A stretch of DNA of 64,000 nt. It comes from Eledone cirrhosa. Taxonomy: Eukaryota. The notes under the pieces are model-generated. The model made no database searches and was not told the DNA's origin. It saw only the letters and a list, made by a program, of their open reading frames with translations. The stretch is taken from assembly GCA_964016885.1 (NCBI GenBank), contig OZ024740.1, positions 275,776,001 to 275,840,000 of the forward strand. The letters are read 5' to 3'. Shown here piece by piece: positions 36,977-49,940 of the stretch; the stretch's first letter is position 1, and each line of letters starts with the position of its first letter. The position numbers and the translations under genes are program-made.

Positions 36977-37460
36977 TAAACTAATAAGACTTTTGTACCT
37001 CTGTTCTTGCTACCTATTGCACCTGAGCATCGGCCACATATAAAGTCTACGTTCTTAGATAGTTTACCTGTGATCCCACTACATCTTTTATGTACCCATA
37101 CTTTGCATTTGGGACACAAAATGGAGTTTCTGCCTACTCCTTTCCTACACACTGAGCATGGCCATTTCCCTGAGGGTACCTGTGCCTTATTTTCCTTTCT
37201 ACAAACTAGGACTTTAGTCTTAGACAAGTTAACATTAAGGCCTTTAATTCTAGACCATGCTTCCATGTTTGGAATTTCTTCTCTAGTTCAGCCATTAATT
37301 CAGCTATGATCGTTAGATCATCTGCGTATAGGATTTCCCATGGGGATCCGGTCGTGAACTCCTCTGTTATAGCCTGAAGGGCAATAATAAATAGGGGGGG
37401 GGGGGCTAAAGACAGAGCGTTGGTGAACACCAACGTTTACACTAAATTCTTCATATATGA
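36977..37460 (-). pseudogene. RTE-clade RT fragment followed by a PHD-like Cys/His finger
   Basis: GVHQRSVFSP, PWEILYADDL, GLNVNLSKTKVL, then WPCSVCRKGVGRNSILCPKCKVWVHKRCSG..FICGRC. Confidence 0.85.
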
Positions 37461-37652
37461 AACCAAGAGGTTGTGGTAAGATACCAGGTGGGCCATAATA
37501 CACCAGAGTACTCGATACTTGGAGCAGTAGAGTAGGTAATATGAAAAGATTCAGGGCCCTGACAGCTGAGCTCTGGCCTTCGGGATCCTTAAACTTTTCA
37601 TATATATATATATATGTGTGTATGTGTGTGTATGTGTGTGTGTGTGTGTGGA

Positions 37653-37720
<68 letters not shown>

Positions 37721-38127
37721 CTTCTTTGTAGCATATGTAACTTTTGTCTGTTTTTCAAAAATTAAATTCTAAATTATGATTTCACATATACAACACAGAA
37801 TATGCACCATAACACTTTACATGGTATCAAACATTCTTGCGTTGCTCCATACAACACCACCCTTTTCCCTTTCAGAGCTACTTTCTCCACACTGAAATAA
37901 CTTCACTTCATACCATACCATATGCTGCACTACAGCACATCATACTATTCCACAGCACATTGAGCCAAACTGCTCAGCACCACGCCTCACCTCATTACAC
38001 TGCAGCTACACTAAATCACACCAGACAAGAGTACGCCATACCTAACCAGACCCTAACCACCTGACTCAAAACAAATTCTCAAACAAACTCAATAAACTTT
38101 TATATATATGTATATACATACATGTGT

Positions 38128-38210
<83 letters not shown>

Positions 38211-38282
38211 ATATTATATATTTATATAATGATATATACATACGTGTATATATATATATATATATATATAATGATATATACA

Positions 38283-38344
<62 letters not shown>

Positions 38345-38388
38345 GGTGTGAGTATATATATATATATATATATAAATATACATAAATT

Positions 38389-38420
<32 letters not shown>

Positions 38421-39189
38421 TGTATGTATGTATGTATCTATATATCTATATATATATAATGTATGTATGTATATATGCATGTATGCATGTATGTATATAT
38501 ATATATGTATACATGTATATATGTATGTATCTATGTATATATGCATGTATGTATGAATGTATTTATATATGTATACATGTATATATGTATGTATGTATAT
38601 ATATATATATGTATATATGTATATATATATATATGTATATATGCATGTATGTATGTATGTATATATATATGTATGTATGTATATATGCATGTATGTATGT
38701 ATATATGCATGTATGTATGTATATATATATGTATATATGTATGTCTGTATGTATATATGTATATATATATGTATATATGCATGTATGTATGTATGTATAT
38801 ATGTATGTATCTTCCCACACATCTTTTCCCTCACACCTACAATTGTCGTCCTACACCCCTTACTCTTCAGTAACATCAGTGCTGAAGTGAAATACTTTGC
38901 TGTATTGTAATGAACTGTTGGCCCTAATCAGAGCATTATCTTAAGAGACAGTCAAAGCACACAAGTGTTATATTAACTGTATAAGCTTACTCCTTCTCAG
39001 AAATACTCACACGCAATCTTGCATGATTCCTAATTACTCCAGCCTTTATTGGAAACCCATACATGCATACCATTGTGTGCATGTATATATATAAATTTAC
39101 ACAAACACACAGATGTATATATAAATGTATGTATGTGTGTATGTGTACATATATGTATGCACATACATATATACACCACACATTACATG

Positions 39190-39267
<78 letters not shown>

Positions 39268-39337
39268 TATGTATATATGCATGTATATATGTATATATAT
39301 GTATGGGCGTTTATGTGTCTATGTATACATATATGTA

Positions 39338-39422
<85 letters not shown>

Positions 39423-39856
39423 CATATTCACTCACACACACACACATGTGTATATATGTTGGTGTGTGTATATATTTTTGATTGTAACTTTGTATATATG
39501 TATATATTTTTGGGTCTGTGTACATATTATATTCTTTCATTCTTTTACTGGTTTCAACCATTAGACTATAGCCATACTTGAGCATGTATATGTATGCATG
39601 TATGTATGCATGTATGTATGTATGTATGTATGTATGTATGTATGTATGTATGTATGTATGTATGTATGTATGTATGTATGTATGTATGTATGTATGTATG
39701 CATGCATGCATGCATGCATGCATGCATGCATGCATGCATGTATGTATGTATGTATGTATGTATGTATGCATGCATGTATGTATGTATGTATATATGTATG
39801 CATGTTTGCATGCTTGTATGTATGAATTGTATGTGTGTATATATGTATCTTTGTAT

Positions 39857-39894
<38 letters not shown>

Positions 39895-42254
39895 GGGGCA
39901 ATGCATGTGTCTGGATGTATGTATGCATCTATATATGTGTACAGATATATATATACATGCCTGTATGTTTGCATTTACATGTATATCTTCATGTATATGT
40001 ACATATGGAGGTATTTACATATAATATATCAACGAATCAAATAAGCCCTTTCTTTCCCACTGCTGGGTAAAAGTTTGTTATGCCTAATCTCCAAATTTTG
40101 TAAAATCTATCTAAATGATGCTGCTGCTTTGTTTGTTGTTGTCTGTTTCTTTTGTGGTCTCTCAATATCCAGTCTGTCCATTTTATTGTCAAACTGTTGT
40201 CATTTATCCCCTGGTCATGTCCAACCCAATATCATTTCAATAGTGTTTATGGCTTTCAGAATACCTTTTTAGTTTGTTTGTTTTCAGGCCCCCACTTTAA
40301 CATTAGGAACTTCATTTATCAGTTTATTTTACGTTATTTATATTGTTATAGGGCAGTGGATTGGCGGTATCGGTAGAGAGTTGGATGCCATGCTTTCCAA
40401 CATAGAGTTATGTCCCCTTAAGGATTGAGTTCAAATCCTGCCGAGGTTATCTTTGCCTTTCATCCTGGGTTGATAAAATAAAGTACCAGTAATGTAATGA
40501 GTAATTGCTGGCTGTGTGCCAAAAATAGAAACAATTATTTATATTGTTATCTTCATTCCTAGTCCTACTGCTTTGCCATGTATATATATACAGTTGTTTT
40601 AGCCCTTTTAGGACCATATTTATAGTGAAATACATTGGGTGAATTAGCAGAGTCATTATAACATCAGATAGAATACTTTGCAGCATTCATTTTGTCTCTC
40701 TGCTCTCTGAATTCAAATCCCATGAAGGTCAACTTTGTCTTTCATCTATTCAAGGTTGATAAATAAAATAGTACCAGGCTGGGGTTGATTCTTCCTCTAT
40801 GTCTCTTTCTCATTCCCCCTCTCTTACTCTCTATCCTTCTCTGGAAGAACCTTGCTGTTATGAGAGGAGACGGGCTCTGCCAAGTTTAAAACATAAAATA
40901 TCCTAGAAATGCAGTATGCTGCCCCTACGACTCCCTCAAGAGTTACTGGACCATACATGCATGCATTGATAAAGGAAAAATATGGAGGAATTCACTAAAA
41001 TTAATCATATCTCATGTGGCTTAGTGAATTTGACTCGCAATAGGGAGGTTGCAAGTTCAATTTCTGAACCAGGCAATGCATTATGTCCTTGAGCAAGACA
41101 TTGTATTTCATGTTGTTCCTTCTGCCAGGAGTAGCAACTGGTAAATAGTATCAGCAATGGAAAATACCAATGGAAACATTGTTTCCATTGTCTGATTTGA
41201 TGAGTGCCATCCTGCTCAGTAAGGGATTGAGTTCTGGGATCTTGTTGATTGATTTATTAAGATTATATTTGTGACATAACCTAACAAATGATTCTAATAT
41301 CAAATCATGTTAGAAATTCTAACCTAAGTAGCAATGCTTTAAAATTGGTGGTTTTATTTACTAGAGGCAGGCACAGTTTCTGTTGGGTTGGTATCAATGG
41401 GTTGAATTTCACGCACATCTAATATGAGAACTTTTGTATTATAATTGAAAGCTTATTAAAAATTCATTGTTGATTTTAATTTCTATTCTATTTTCCTCTC
41501 AATGCAATTTCAAAAACACTTCTTAGCATGGATTTTTGATAGAGGATCCATAGAGAAGCATACTTCTGCTTTGTTTTTATTTTAGATATTAAAGGCCTTT
41601 AGGGGAAGCAGAAAGTCAATTATATCCACCCCAGTAATTGATTTGTACATTATTTTATTGACCCTGAAATGATGACAGACGAAGTTGACCTCAAAGGATA
41701 TTGAACTCAGAACATAATACTGCTATGTGTTTATCTGATGCTCTAACGCCTCTGCCAACATACTGCTTAATAATTGTTTCTACTTTAGGCACAAGGCCAG
41801 CAATTACCCAGTACACTACTGGTACTTTATACTTTATTTTATCGACCCCGTAAGGATGAAAGGCAAAGTAAACCTCGGCGGGATTTGAACTCAGACTGTA
41901 AAGGGACGTAACCATGCTAGAAAGCATTGTGTCCAACCCTCTACCAATACTGCCAATTCACCGCCCTACTGCTTAATAATAATAATAATCCATCATCAAT
42001 ACAGGGATATGTATATGTATTATTTATCAACAAATACATGCATATGTACATACATGAGGTATTAACTAAACAACATCTGTCAAACAACAACAGTAAAAAT
42101 ATATACATCAGCCACGTGTTCAAAAATGAAGAGAATAACATCCTACATCTCAATACCGAACTCATCACAAAATACTAACTTCCTTAATATCTCCTGTGTA
42201 ACACAAGAATTACTGGACCAGGAAGACTTGGGAGAGAAATATTTTGCATACCAA

Positions 42255-42408
42255 CAGATTTGTCAACCCTTCCCGTTTTGGCTCATTTCTCCCCGTATCC
42301 CCATTTTTGTGAAAATAGGTATAGCTTTCATTATGTATAATCTCCCCATTTTGGGGCACTTTTTTTCATTGTACTCCGCGTTTGGGTTTTTAGAGGTTGG
42401 CAGGTCTG
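42255..42408. mobile_element. Short MITE
   Basis: TIRs CAGATTTGTCAACC / GGTTGGCAGGTCTG; TACCAA directly repeated on both sides. Confidence 0.6.
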
Positions 42409-42837
42409 TACCAAAAAGAAAAAAAGAAAATAAAAGGTTATACTTGAATATATCTCCTGTAAATTTAAAGTTTATTTTAACATTAACATGATTTGTAGTC
42501 TTCTAAGACTCATTACTGTTACATTGAATCACACTCCATAGGTTTTAACTTTGCAATCCAAGATCAAAGGATAGCTATGAAATACCTAAAGAAGGCAAAA
42601 CGCAGTGAAACCCTTAAAGCCTGAAAATGTAACCATTAATGTTGAATAAGTAACATTTCTGCAGAACATACTACACCAATTGTTGATTGCCACTGAAAAT
42701 GTCATCAAGCTACTACTATTCAATATAGCATGATGGTATTACTAAAACAATATACAACGCCATCTATAGGATGGCATTGTATATTGTTTATTGCCAATCC
42801 TTGAGATAAATATAGGAAATATACTTTTTATTGAATA

Positions 42838-43200
42838 CATCATCATTATCACTGTTTTTATGTCCATCTTTTCCCCATGCTTGCATGTGTTGGATGGGTC
42901 CTTTTCAGCACAGCATCTTTCCACACATCTCAGTCCTTTTGTCAACTCCTCTATGAGTTTCAACAATTTGAGATAAGTTTTCACCACCTCTGCCCAGGTC
43001 TTACTTGGTCTATTGCAACTGCAGCTTCCTTCCACTGGGATTTCCTGGGACTTCTTCACCCAGTGGCCATCATCCATGCATATCACATGCTCATACTAAT
43101 GCAGTTTGGGCCACTTCTGATTCCTCTTAAACCTAGTTTCTCCCTCAGTTCATCCAAGCTCTGTTGTTCACTTAAATTTGCATTGCATATATACATACAT
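42838..43200 (-). pseudogene. Old RTE-type LINE 3' fragment
   Basis: VEGSCSCNRPSKTWAEVVK..LKLLKL, ending in a GGACATAAAA..GATGATG tail; similar fragment at 50020-50230(-). Confidence 0.6.
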
Positions 43201-44298
43201 GTGAAAACAAGAAATATTGGTGGAATATTCCAATCAAAATTTACATCAAGTGTATGCATAACATGTCTAGATTTTTAGAATAGAAAATAATAGATTTGAT
43301 CGTTTCTTTCAAAGTCATCAGAGAATTGTCTTCCTCTTAATGTGTTGGGATGATGTCACTAAAATAATTTGCAATGCCATCTGTAGAAAAGAATTCCTTG
43401 GGATAAATAGAGCGAATAGCACTGTTATTGAATATATATATACATATGTACATACCAACACAAGAAACATAGGAGGAACATTCCCACCAAAACCTCCACA
43501 AAATGCATATATTTAGAACAGGCCTGCTAGATATGTATGGCACAGGGAAAAAAACATACAAGTAGTGCTATTAAGTTAGACATGGCTTGAGCCAATACTA
43601 GCCAAAACCTATCAAAATTATAGAGTACAGCTACCTTGCAGATTTCAACACTTCTTCAAATCAGTGAGAAAGAGAATAGGTACAGATAACTGCTCTGAGA
43701 CTTTTAGTTTTACTACTAAGATTAGAAATTCACATTTATATAGATAATTATTGTTTCAATTGCCTGTTATAGTAAATGTTTAAGGGGAAATCTTGAAAAT
43801 CTAAAATTTTATGATAGAGAAGTTGACCACTTAACAAACATTTTACAGATATAATCTGCAAGGAAAACAGTAAAAATATGCAGGATTTTCTGAAGTTCAT
43901 CAGGTGACACAGGATTTGTTATCAAAATCCAATAATGGATCACTGTTTCTTTGCTAAAAATCAGTCTTTGCTTCATGGTGAGAAATCAAATAAATAACAA
44001 AACAAAGAAACGAATAAACATACATAATATATTCACACATATATACATACATTGGTGGAGATACACAAAGAAAAAACCTAAACAAACTACAACACAAATT
44101 CATACATAAACAGACACACAAGGGGGTAATGAAACAGGCCTACAAGGAAGATTAAACAGTGTACAATGTCATTTAGTCAGTAGTGTCATATTGTATAAGT
44201 AAAGGCGATAGTGTTTATATATATATATATACGTATACACATACATACACATGCACACACACACATATGTATGTATATATATATATACATATATATAT

Positions 44299-44358
<60 letters not shown>

Positions 44359-44359
44359 G

Positions 44360-44395
<36 letters not shown>

Positions 44396-44685
44396 AATAT
44401 TCATCTGGTGGTGTTGAATTATGGGTGTGCCCCCACTTCATTTCAAGTACCCAGAAAACTCCTGATAAGAACTTTCCATTGTCTTGGAGTGAAGAACTAG
44501 GAAATAAATAAACTGAGATTTTTTCTTTGACAGACAACAAGGCTGGATATAAAGATGAATGTGTTAAAATCAGAAATTATGAGTTCCTTAAATTGACAAA
44601 TCATCTGGACTTCCTGCTGTCATCATTTATGTTCTTGTTCTTGTTGATCTTTTTGTTTCCTGTACTTGATACTGTTGCTGATGTT

Positions 44686-44758
<73 letters not shown>

Positions 44759-46118
44759 TAGTAGTAGCAGCAGCTTCAGCAGTAATGGTAGTTGTTGTTA
44801 GGCTTGTTGCCCTTTATCCCACTGATATTGTTGAAATCAACGTTGGTGGTTTAAGGGAAAACAAAGATTTTTTTATAAGCCTTTAAAATATATGAGTTTT
44901 TCTACAGTCCCCACCCAATATATATATATATATATATGTGTGTGTGCGTGTGTGTGTATATATACATATATGCTTACATATATATACATATATGTGTGTG
45001 TAAATATTTGTATACATACACATAGTATCATCCACATTATCATTTTACGTGGTGCCAACCACCTTACAGGGGGTTCTGAATGTATTTTTCATGGCAGCAC
45101 CACAGCCACTTTATAATGTGTACTGGGTTCATTTCTCCATTTGAACCAACACTAACATGTTACATGGTGTATTGGATGTATTTTTTCATAGCATGATTTT
45201 ATCGATGTCACATGCTCATCCAGATTGAATGGTCCCCTGAAGCCCTACATTGTTCTGTACAATTGCCACCACTGTAGCCTCTAGTACCTCACTATATGTT
45301 TGTGTTGTGGTACTTGAGAGTGAGAGAGAGAGAGAGAGAAAGAGAGAATATTTGTACATGGTTGAATTTCTATTGCCCCAAGAGAGAGAGTGAGACAGAG
45401 CAAGAGAGAGAAAGAGAGAGAGAGAGGTAAATAGAAATACAGAGAGAGAGAAAGCAAGAGAGTATTTGTACATGGTTGAATTTCTATTGTCCAATGTGTG
45501 TTATGACTAGGTCTCCCACCACTATAGCAAAGTTGTAAAAAATGAAGAGAAGTGAAAAAGTTCTCGGAACATTATTCTCTGAAAGTTCCTTAAACTCTGA
45601 AGAAGGGAATTTTAGGTCCCGAAATATTAGGACAGAAGAAAGAACAGCAACAACAAAAAATGAAACAAAGATAACCAGGTAACTTACTTTTTCGTTACCT
45701 CATCTTACATTCCATTTTGCATTTTTTAGCCTTCTATCTCTTTCCACATTATATTAAGCAATATATGATTGTTGAAAATGTTTTGTGCTTTCCAGCATAT
45801 ACTTTCCCCACAATGTATTCACTTGCTAAATCTCTAAAATATTTCATAGACATTCCTCATTCCTACTATGGTATTCATGTCCTTCAATAGCTTCTAATAT
45901 ATTTGCAATTACAAAATTGCTTATTTTGATCCATTAGCATGTCATAGTTAAAACAGAACAAAAATTTAAGAAAATGTGGCATTCAAGACATTTAGTGGAG
46001 CTGGGTTTGTGACATTGAAGTTCTTGTCATCATTGGTGGCTCACTTTACCGAAGTGTCAGCTGATAACTGTGAGATTGCCTGATTGTTTCAGCACCTTAT
46101 CCATGTATTGATAGTGGA

Positions 46119-46121
<3 letters not shown>

Positions 46122-46169
<48 letters not shown>

Positions 46170-47208
46170 GTTTAACGTCCATCTTCCACGCTTGCATGGG
46201 TTTGGATGGGAGTTTTCCCACTTGAGGCAAGATTGGTTGTCTTGCTCGCATAGGACTGTCTGGCGGGTTTTCTACGGCTGGATGCCCTTCCTAAAACCAA
46301 CCACATTTACAGTGTGGACTGGGAGGTTTTTACCGTGTTACCTACACGGGCACATTACAGCGTGGACTGTGTTTTTTTTTTTGTCGTGACACCTACACGA
46401 CCTCATTTGTTTCGGACTGGATGTTGTGGTACCAACATAACTTTACATTGAAAGGGGTGGTGTGGATGGGGTGGGGGTAGTGGGACGGGGGTGTATCTTT
46501 GTTAGAGGTGCCTACTAACTGTAGTAGGTTTCACTTTGTACTTAGGTAAGGCGGGTCTTCTGTATTACTGTGTAGCGCCAAAGATCTCGGTCCAGTGACA
46601 TTGTCTTGGAGAGGTATAAGTGTGTGAGGTTGGAATTTATCAGGTCGTCCCATGTTTTTCTGGGTCTGCCTACTCCGTGACTACCGTCTATTTTTATTGC
46701 CCTGCACTTTTTTTTACAGCTGTCGTCTTTCATGCGCATCACGAGACCGTACCAACATAGTCTTCTCTCGAGTAAACAACATCTGATCCCTCTTATTTCT
46801 AATTTTTCCCTTAGTTCATTTATGCTTTGCCGTTCACGTATATTACTATTAATCATCCAGCGGAGCATGCAAGCCTCGTTCCTCTCCAGTCTGCGTATAT
46901 CCTCTGCACACAATGCCCAGGTCTCACTGCCATGTAACATTGCTGTTCGTATGCAGGCATCATACAGCCTGCCCTTCATTTTTAGAGAGAACCCTTTAGC
47001 GGCCAATAGTGGTATAAGCTCTCTGAACTTTTTCCATCCAGTTCTGACTCTAGCTACTGTACTTTCAGAGCACCCTCCACCACTGCTGATTTTGTCACCC
47101 GAGTAACGGAAGGTGTCCACTATTTCTATAGAACCATCTGTGCAATGGAATGAGCTAGTATTTAGTGGGCACTTGCTGCTACTTATTGCACCAGAGCACC
47201 GGCCACAT
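46122..47208 (-). mobile_element. 5'-truncated RTE-clade LINE (ORF2 C-terminus, 3' UTR and (GAT)n tail)
   Basis: ORF 46542-47120: GWKKFREL, KGRLYDACIRTAMLHGSETW, RRLxWYGxVMR, GRPRKTW; 3' UTR ends GGACGTTAAAC(GAT)n. Confidence 0.9.
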
Positions 47209-48328
47209 TATTTTTATTATTAAGCAGTAGGTTGGCAGAGGCATCAGAACATTGGACAAATGCATTGCAGTATTTGTTTGGGTTTTTATGTTCAGAGTTC
47301 AATTTTCACTGGGATCAACTTTTCCTGTCATCCTTTCAGGGTCAATAAAATAAAATACAAATTATTTACTGCTGTTGATATAATTGACTTTCCACTTCCC
47401 CTAAATTGTGCCTAAATTGGAAACAATTACTATTATTATCAGTCGGATACCTTGCTTCCTGGCATAGATTTACGACCCTTCACGTTCTGAGTTCAAATCC
47501 TGCCGAGATTAGCTTTGCTTTTCATCCTTACGGAGTCGATAAAATAAGTACCAGTCATGCACCGGGGTCAATTTAATCAACTTTCTCCTCCCCCAAAATT
47601 GCTGTCCTTTTGCCTAAATAAGAAACCATTATATGTTAGATGAAAATTGCCTTCTTTAAAATAGTAGCAACAGCAGCAATTGCTGTAATACAAAAAACGA
47701 ATAACAACACTAATAGGAATTGTCTTATTAGTGCTAAATGACAATGGCAGTCATGTGTAGCATTGAAGTTCTCAACCACAGAATGAAAAAAAGTGAATAA
47801 TAATAGCATGAAGAACAACTTCATTGACAACTGTAACAATAGTAACAACAAAATACTGACAGTTTTATGTGGATACTATGTAGTATTAGACACTTCTTCT
47901 TCTTCACTCACTTATTCCTGAGAGGGTCATGGAGGGGGGGGGGGGGTAGAGTCCTCAAACACTCCTTCCAGTGGGTCCTGTCAGAAGCACCCGTCTCCAA
48001 TTGATCTGACTGGATCCCCAAGCATGAACAATCAAGCTCATGGATGTTATCTAACCATCTTGCTTGAGGTCTACCTCTGGGTCTCTTGCTGGTTAGTTTT
48101 GCTCGTATAATCCATCCAGTGGTTCTTTCCAGGGACATTCTAGATAGATCTATGTAAACATATACAAGATGTTCATTGTAGGGTCTACCCAATCAGGATT
48201 GATCTGTGACTAATCAACAAATATTTTAAAAGAAAATATTCATAGTTACAATATTTGCATAAACATTAGGAAGAACAGCAATGATAATGAAGATGTCCAT
48301 GAGCAAAAATGTATACGAGTCTCTACAT

Positions 48329-48473
48329 CACTGGTGCTCAAAGTGGGTTTAACAGAACTCAAGAGTTTCCCAAAGTAGTGTCTGGGGTTCCTTGAAAAAA
48401 GGTAGAGGAGTATATTTATTAGACTTTGGGGTTCCCCACAAAAGTTTCTGAACCAAACGTTTGAGAAACCCTG
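48329..48473. mobile_element. hAT (Charlie-like) MITE
   Basis: TIRs CACTGGTGCTCAAA / TTTGAGAAACCCTG; 8-bp TSD CTCTACAT / CTCTACAA. Confidence 0.7.
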
Positions 48474-48769
48474 CTCTACAAGAGTGATCTGCCTTATAGA
48501 ACAGCTGCTAAGTTTACATTAAATCATACTCTATTTATGTTAAAGCAAGAAAGGTACACTGCATGAGAGAATGTTCATGGGTAGAATGCCTTTGATCATA
48601 TGTCTACTGCTTGTTCAAAACTCTCCTGGGCCTGAACAACAGCAATAACAGTAGCAAGAAATTATTATTTTTCGAAATTTAAAAACGAACATTCATAACA
48701 TTTGACAAATGTTTGACAAAAATGTAAAACAAATAGTAATAAAATGATAGCAATAGCATGGTAACAATA

Positions 48770-49940
48770 ATAATTGTTTCTACTTTTAGCACAAGGTCAG
48801 CAATTACCCCAGTGTATTATTAGTACTTTGTTTTATCAACGCCGTAAGGATGAAAGTCAAAGTTAACATGATTACAATAATAATTGTTTCTACTTTTGGC
48901 ACAAGGCCAGCAATTACCCAGTGCATTACTGGTACTTTATTTTATCGACCCCGTAAGGATGAGAGGCAAAGTCAACCTCGGCGGGATTTGAACTCAGATC
49001 GTAAAGGGACGTAACAATGCTGGAAAGCATGGCGTCCGACCCTCTACCGATACTGCCAATCCACCGCCCTTACTGATTACAATAATAATGGCTTTAGGCA
49101 CAAGGTCAACAAGGGGGGAGGAGAAAGTCAGTTAACAATTTAGCATTTAAACTGGCTGTATCTGGCCAGAATTTTCTCACCTCTTTCTGTTCAAACCAGC
49201 TGTAACCAGCTGCTCATACTGATGTTAAAGTATCATTTTCAAAATAAATAATATCAAAATCTCATAGATTCAATATTATGTGTGATAATTATGTAAGATA
49301 AAGACTTTACCACAAAAATGCAATAATGTATATAGAGTAATGTAAATTCTAAAGGGTTAAATCAACTTCAGTGTGCTACTTGTGCCTTATTTTATCAAGC
49401 CTTAAAAGATGAAAAGCAAAGCTAACCACAGTGGGATTTAATTTCAGATTGTAAAGGGTCATAACTCTATGCTACAAAGGTGTTTGTCTGATGCTTTACC
49501 AATACTGCCAATCCACTGCCCTCATAGTAACAATAATAATGGTTACTGATTTAGGCGCAAGGGCAGCAGTTTTCGGGGAGGGGAAAGTTGATTAAATCGA
49601 TCCCAGTGTGTTACTGGTACTTTATTTTATCAACCCCATAAGGATGAAAGGCAAAGTTAACTCAGAACATAATGGGCTGTAACTTTCTGCCACAAAGCAG
49701 GGTCTCTGACACTCTTCCAATACTGCCAATCATAATAACAGTTTCTAATTTAGGCACAAAACCAACAATTTTGTGGGGAAGGGAAAGTCAATTTAATCAA
49801 CCTCACAAGTTTATTTGATTGACCTTGGAAGGATGGAAGGCAAAGTTGACCTTGAAAGGATTTGAACTCAGAATGTAAAGAACTGCAACAAACACAGCAA
49901 AACATATTGTCCAATGCACTAATGATTATGTCAATTCACA
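48770..49940 (-). mobile_element. Cluster of about five head-to-tail Meta-core SINEs, one split by a piggyBac MITE
   Basis: Repeated CTGGTACTTTATTTTATCGACCCC..GATGAAAGGCAAAG..TTTGAACTCAGA motifs; TTAA-flanked MITE at 49136-49356; another SINE pair at 47222-47630(+). Confidence 0.8.

Noticed and set aside
44527-44886. Val/Ala- or Thr/Ala-rich ORF
   Set aside because: Driven by (GTA)n and (GCA)n repeats.
45593-45640. CTGAAGA-aggga..tccc-GAAATATT hammerhead-like motif
   Set aside because: Core and stem II are present but stem I pairs poorly; counted only as degenerate.
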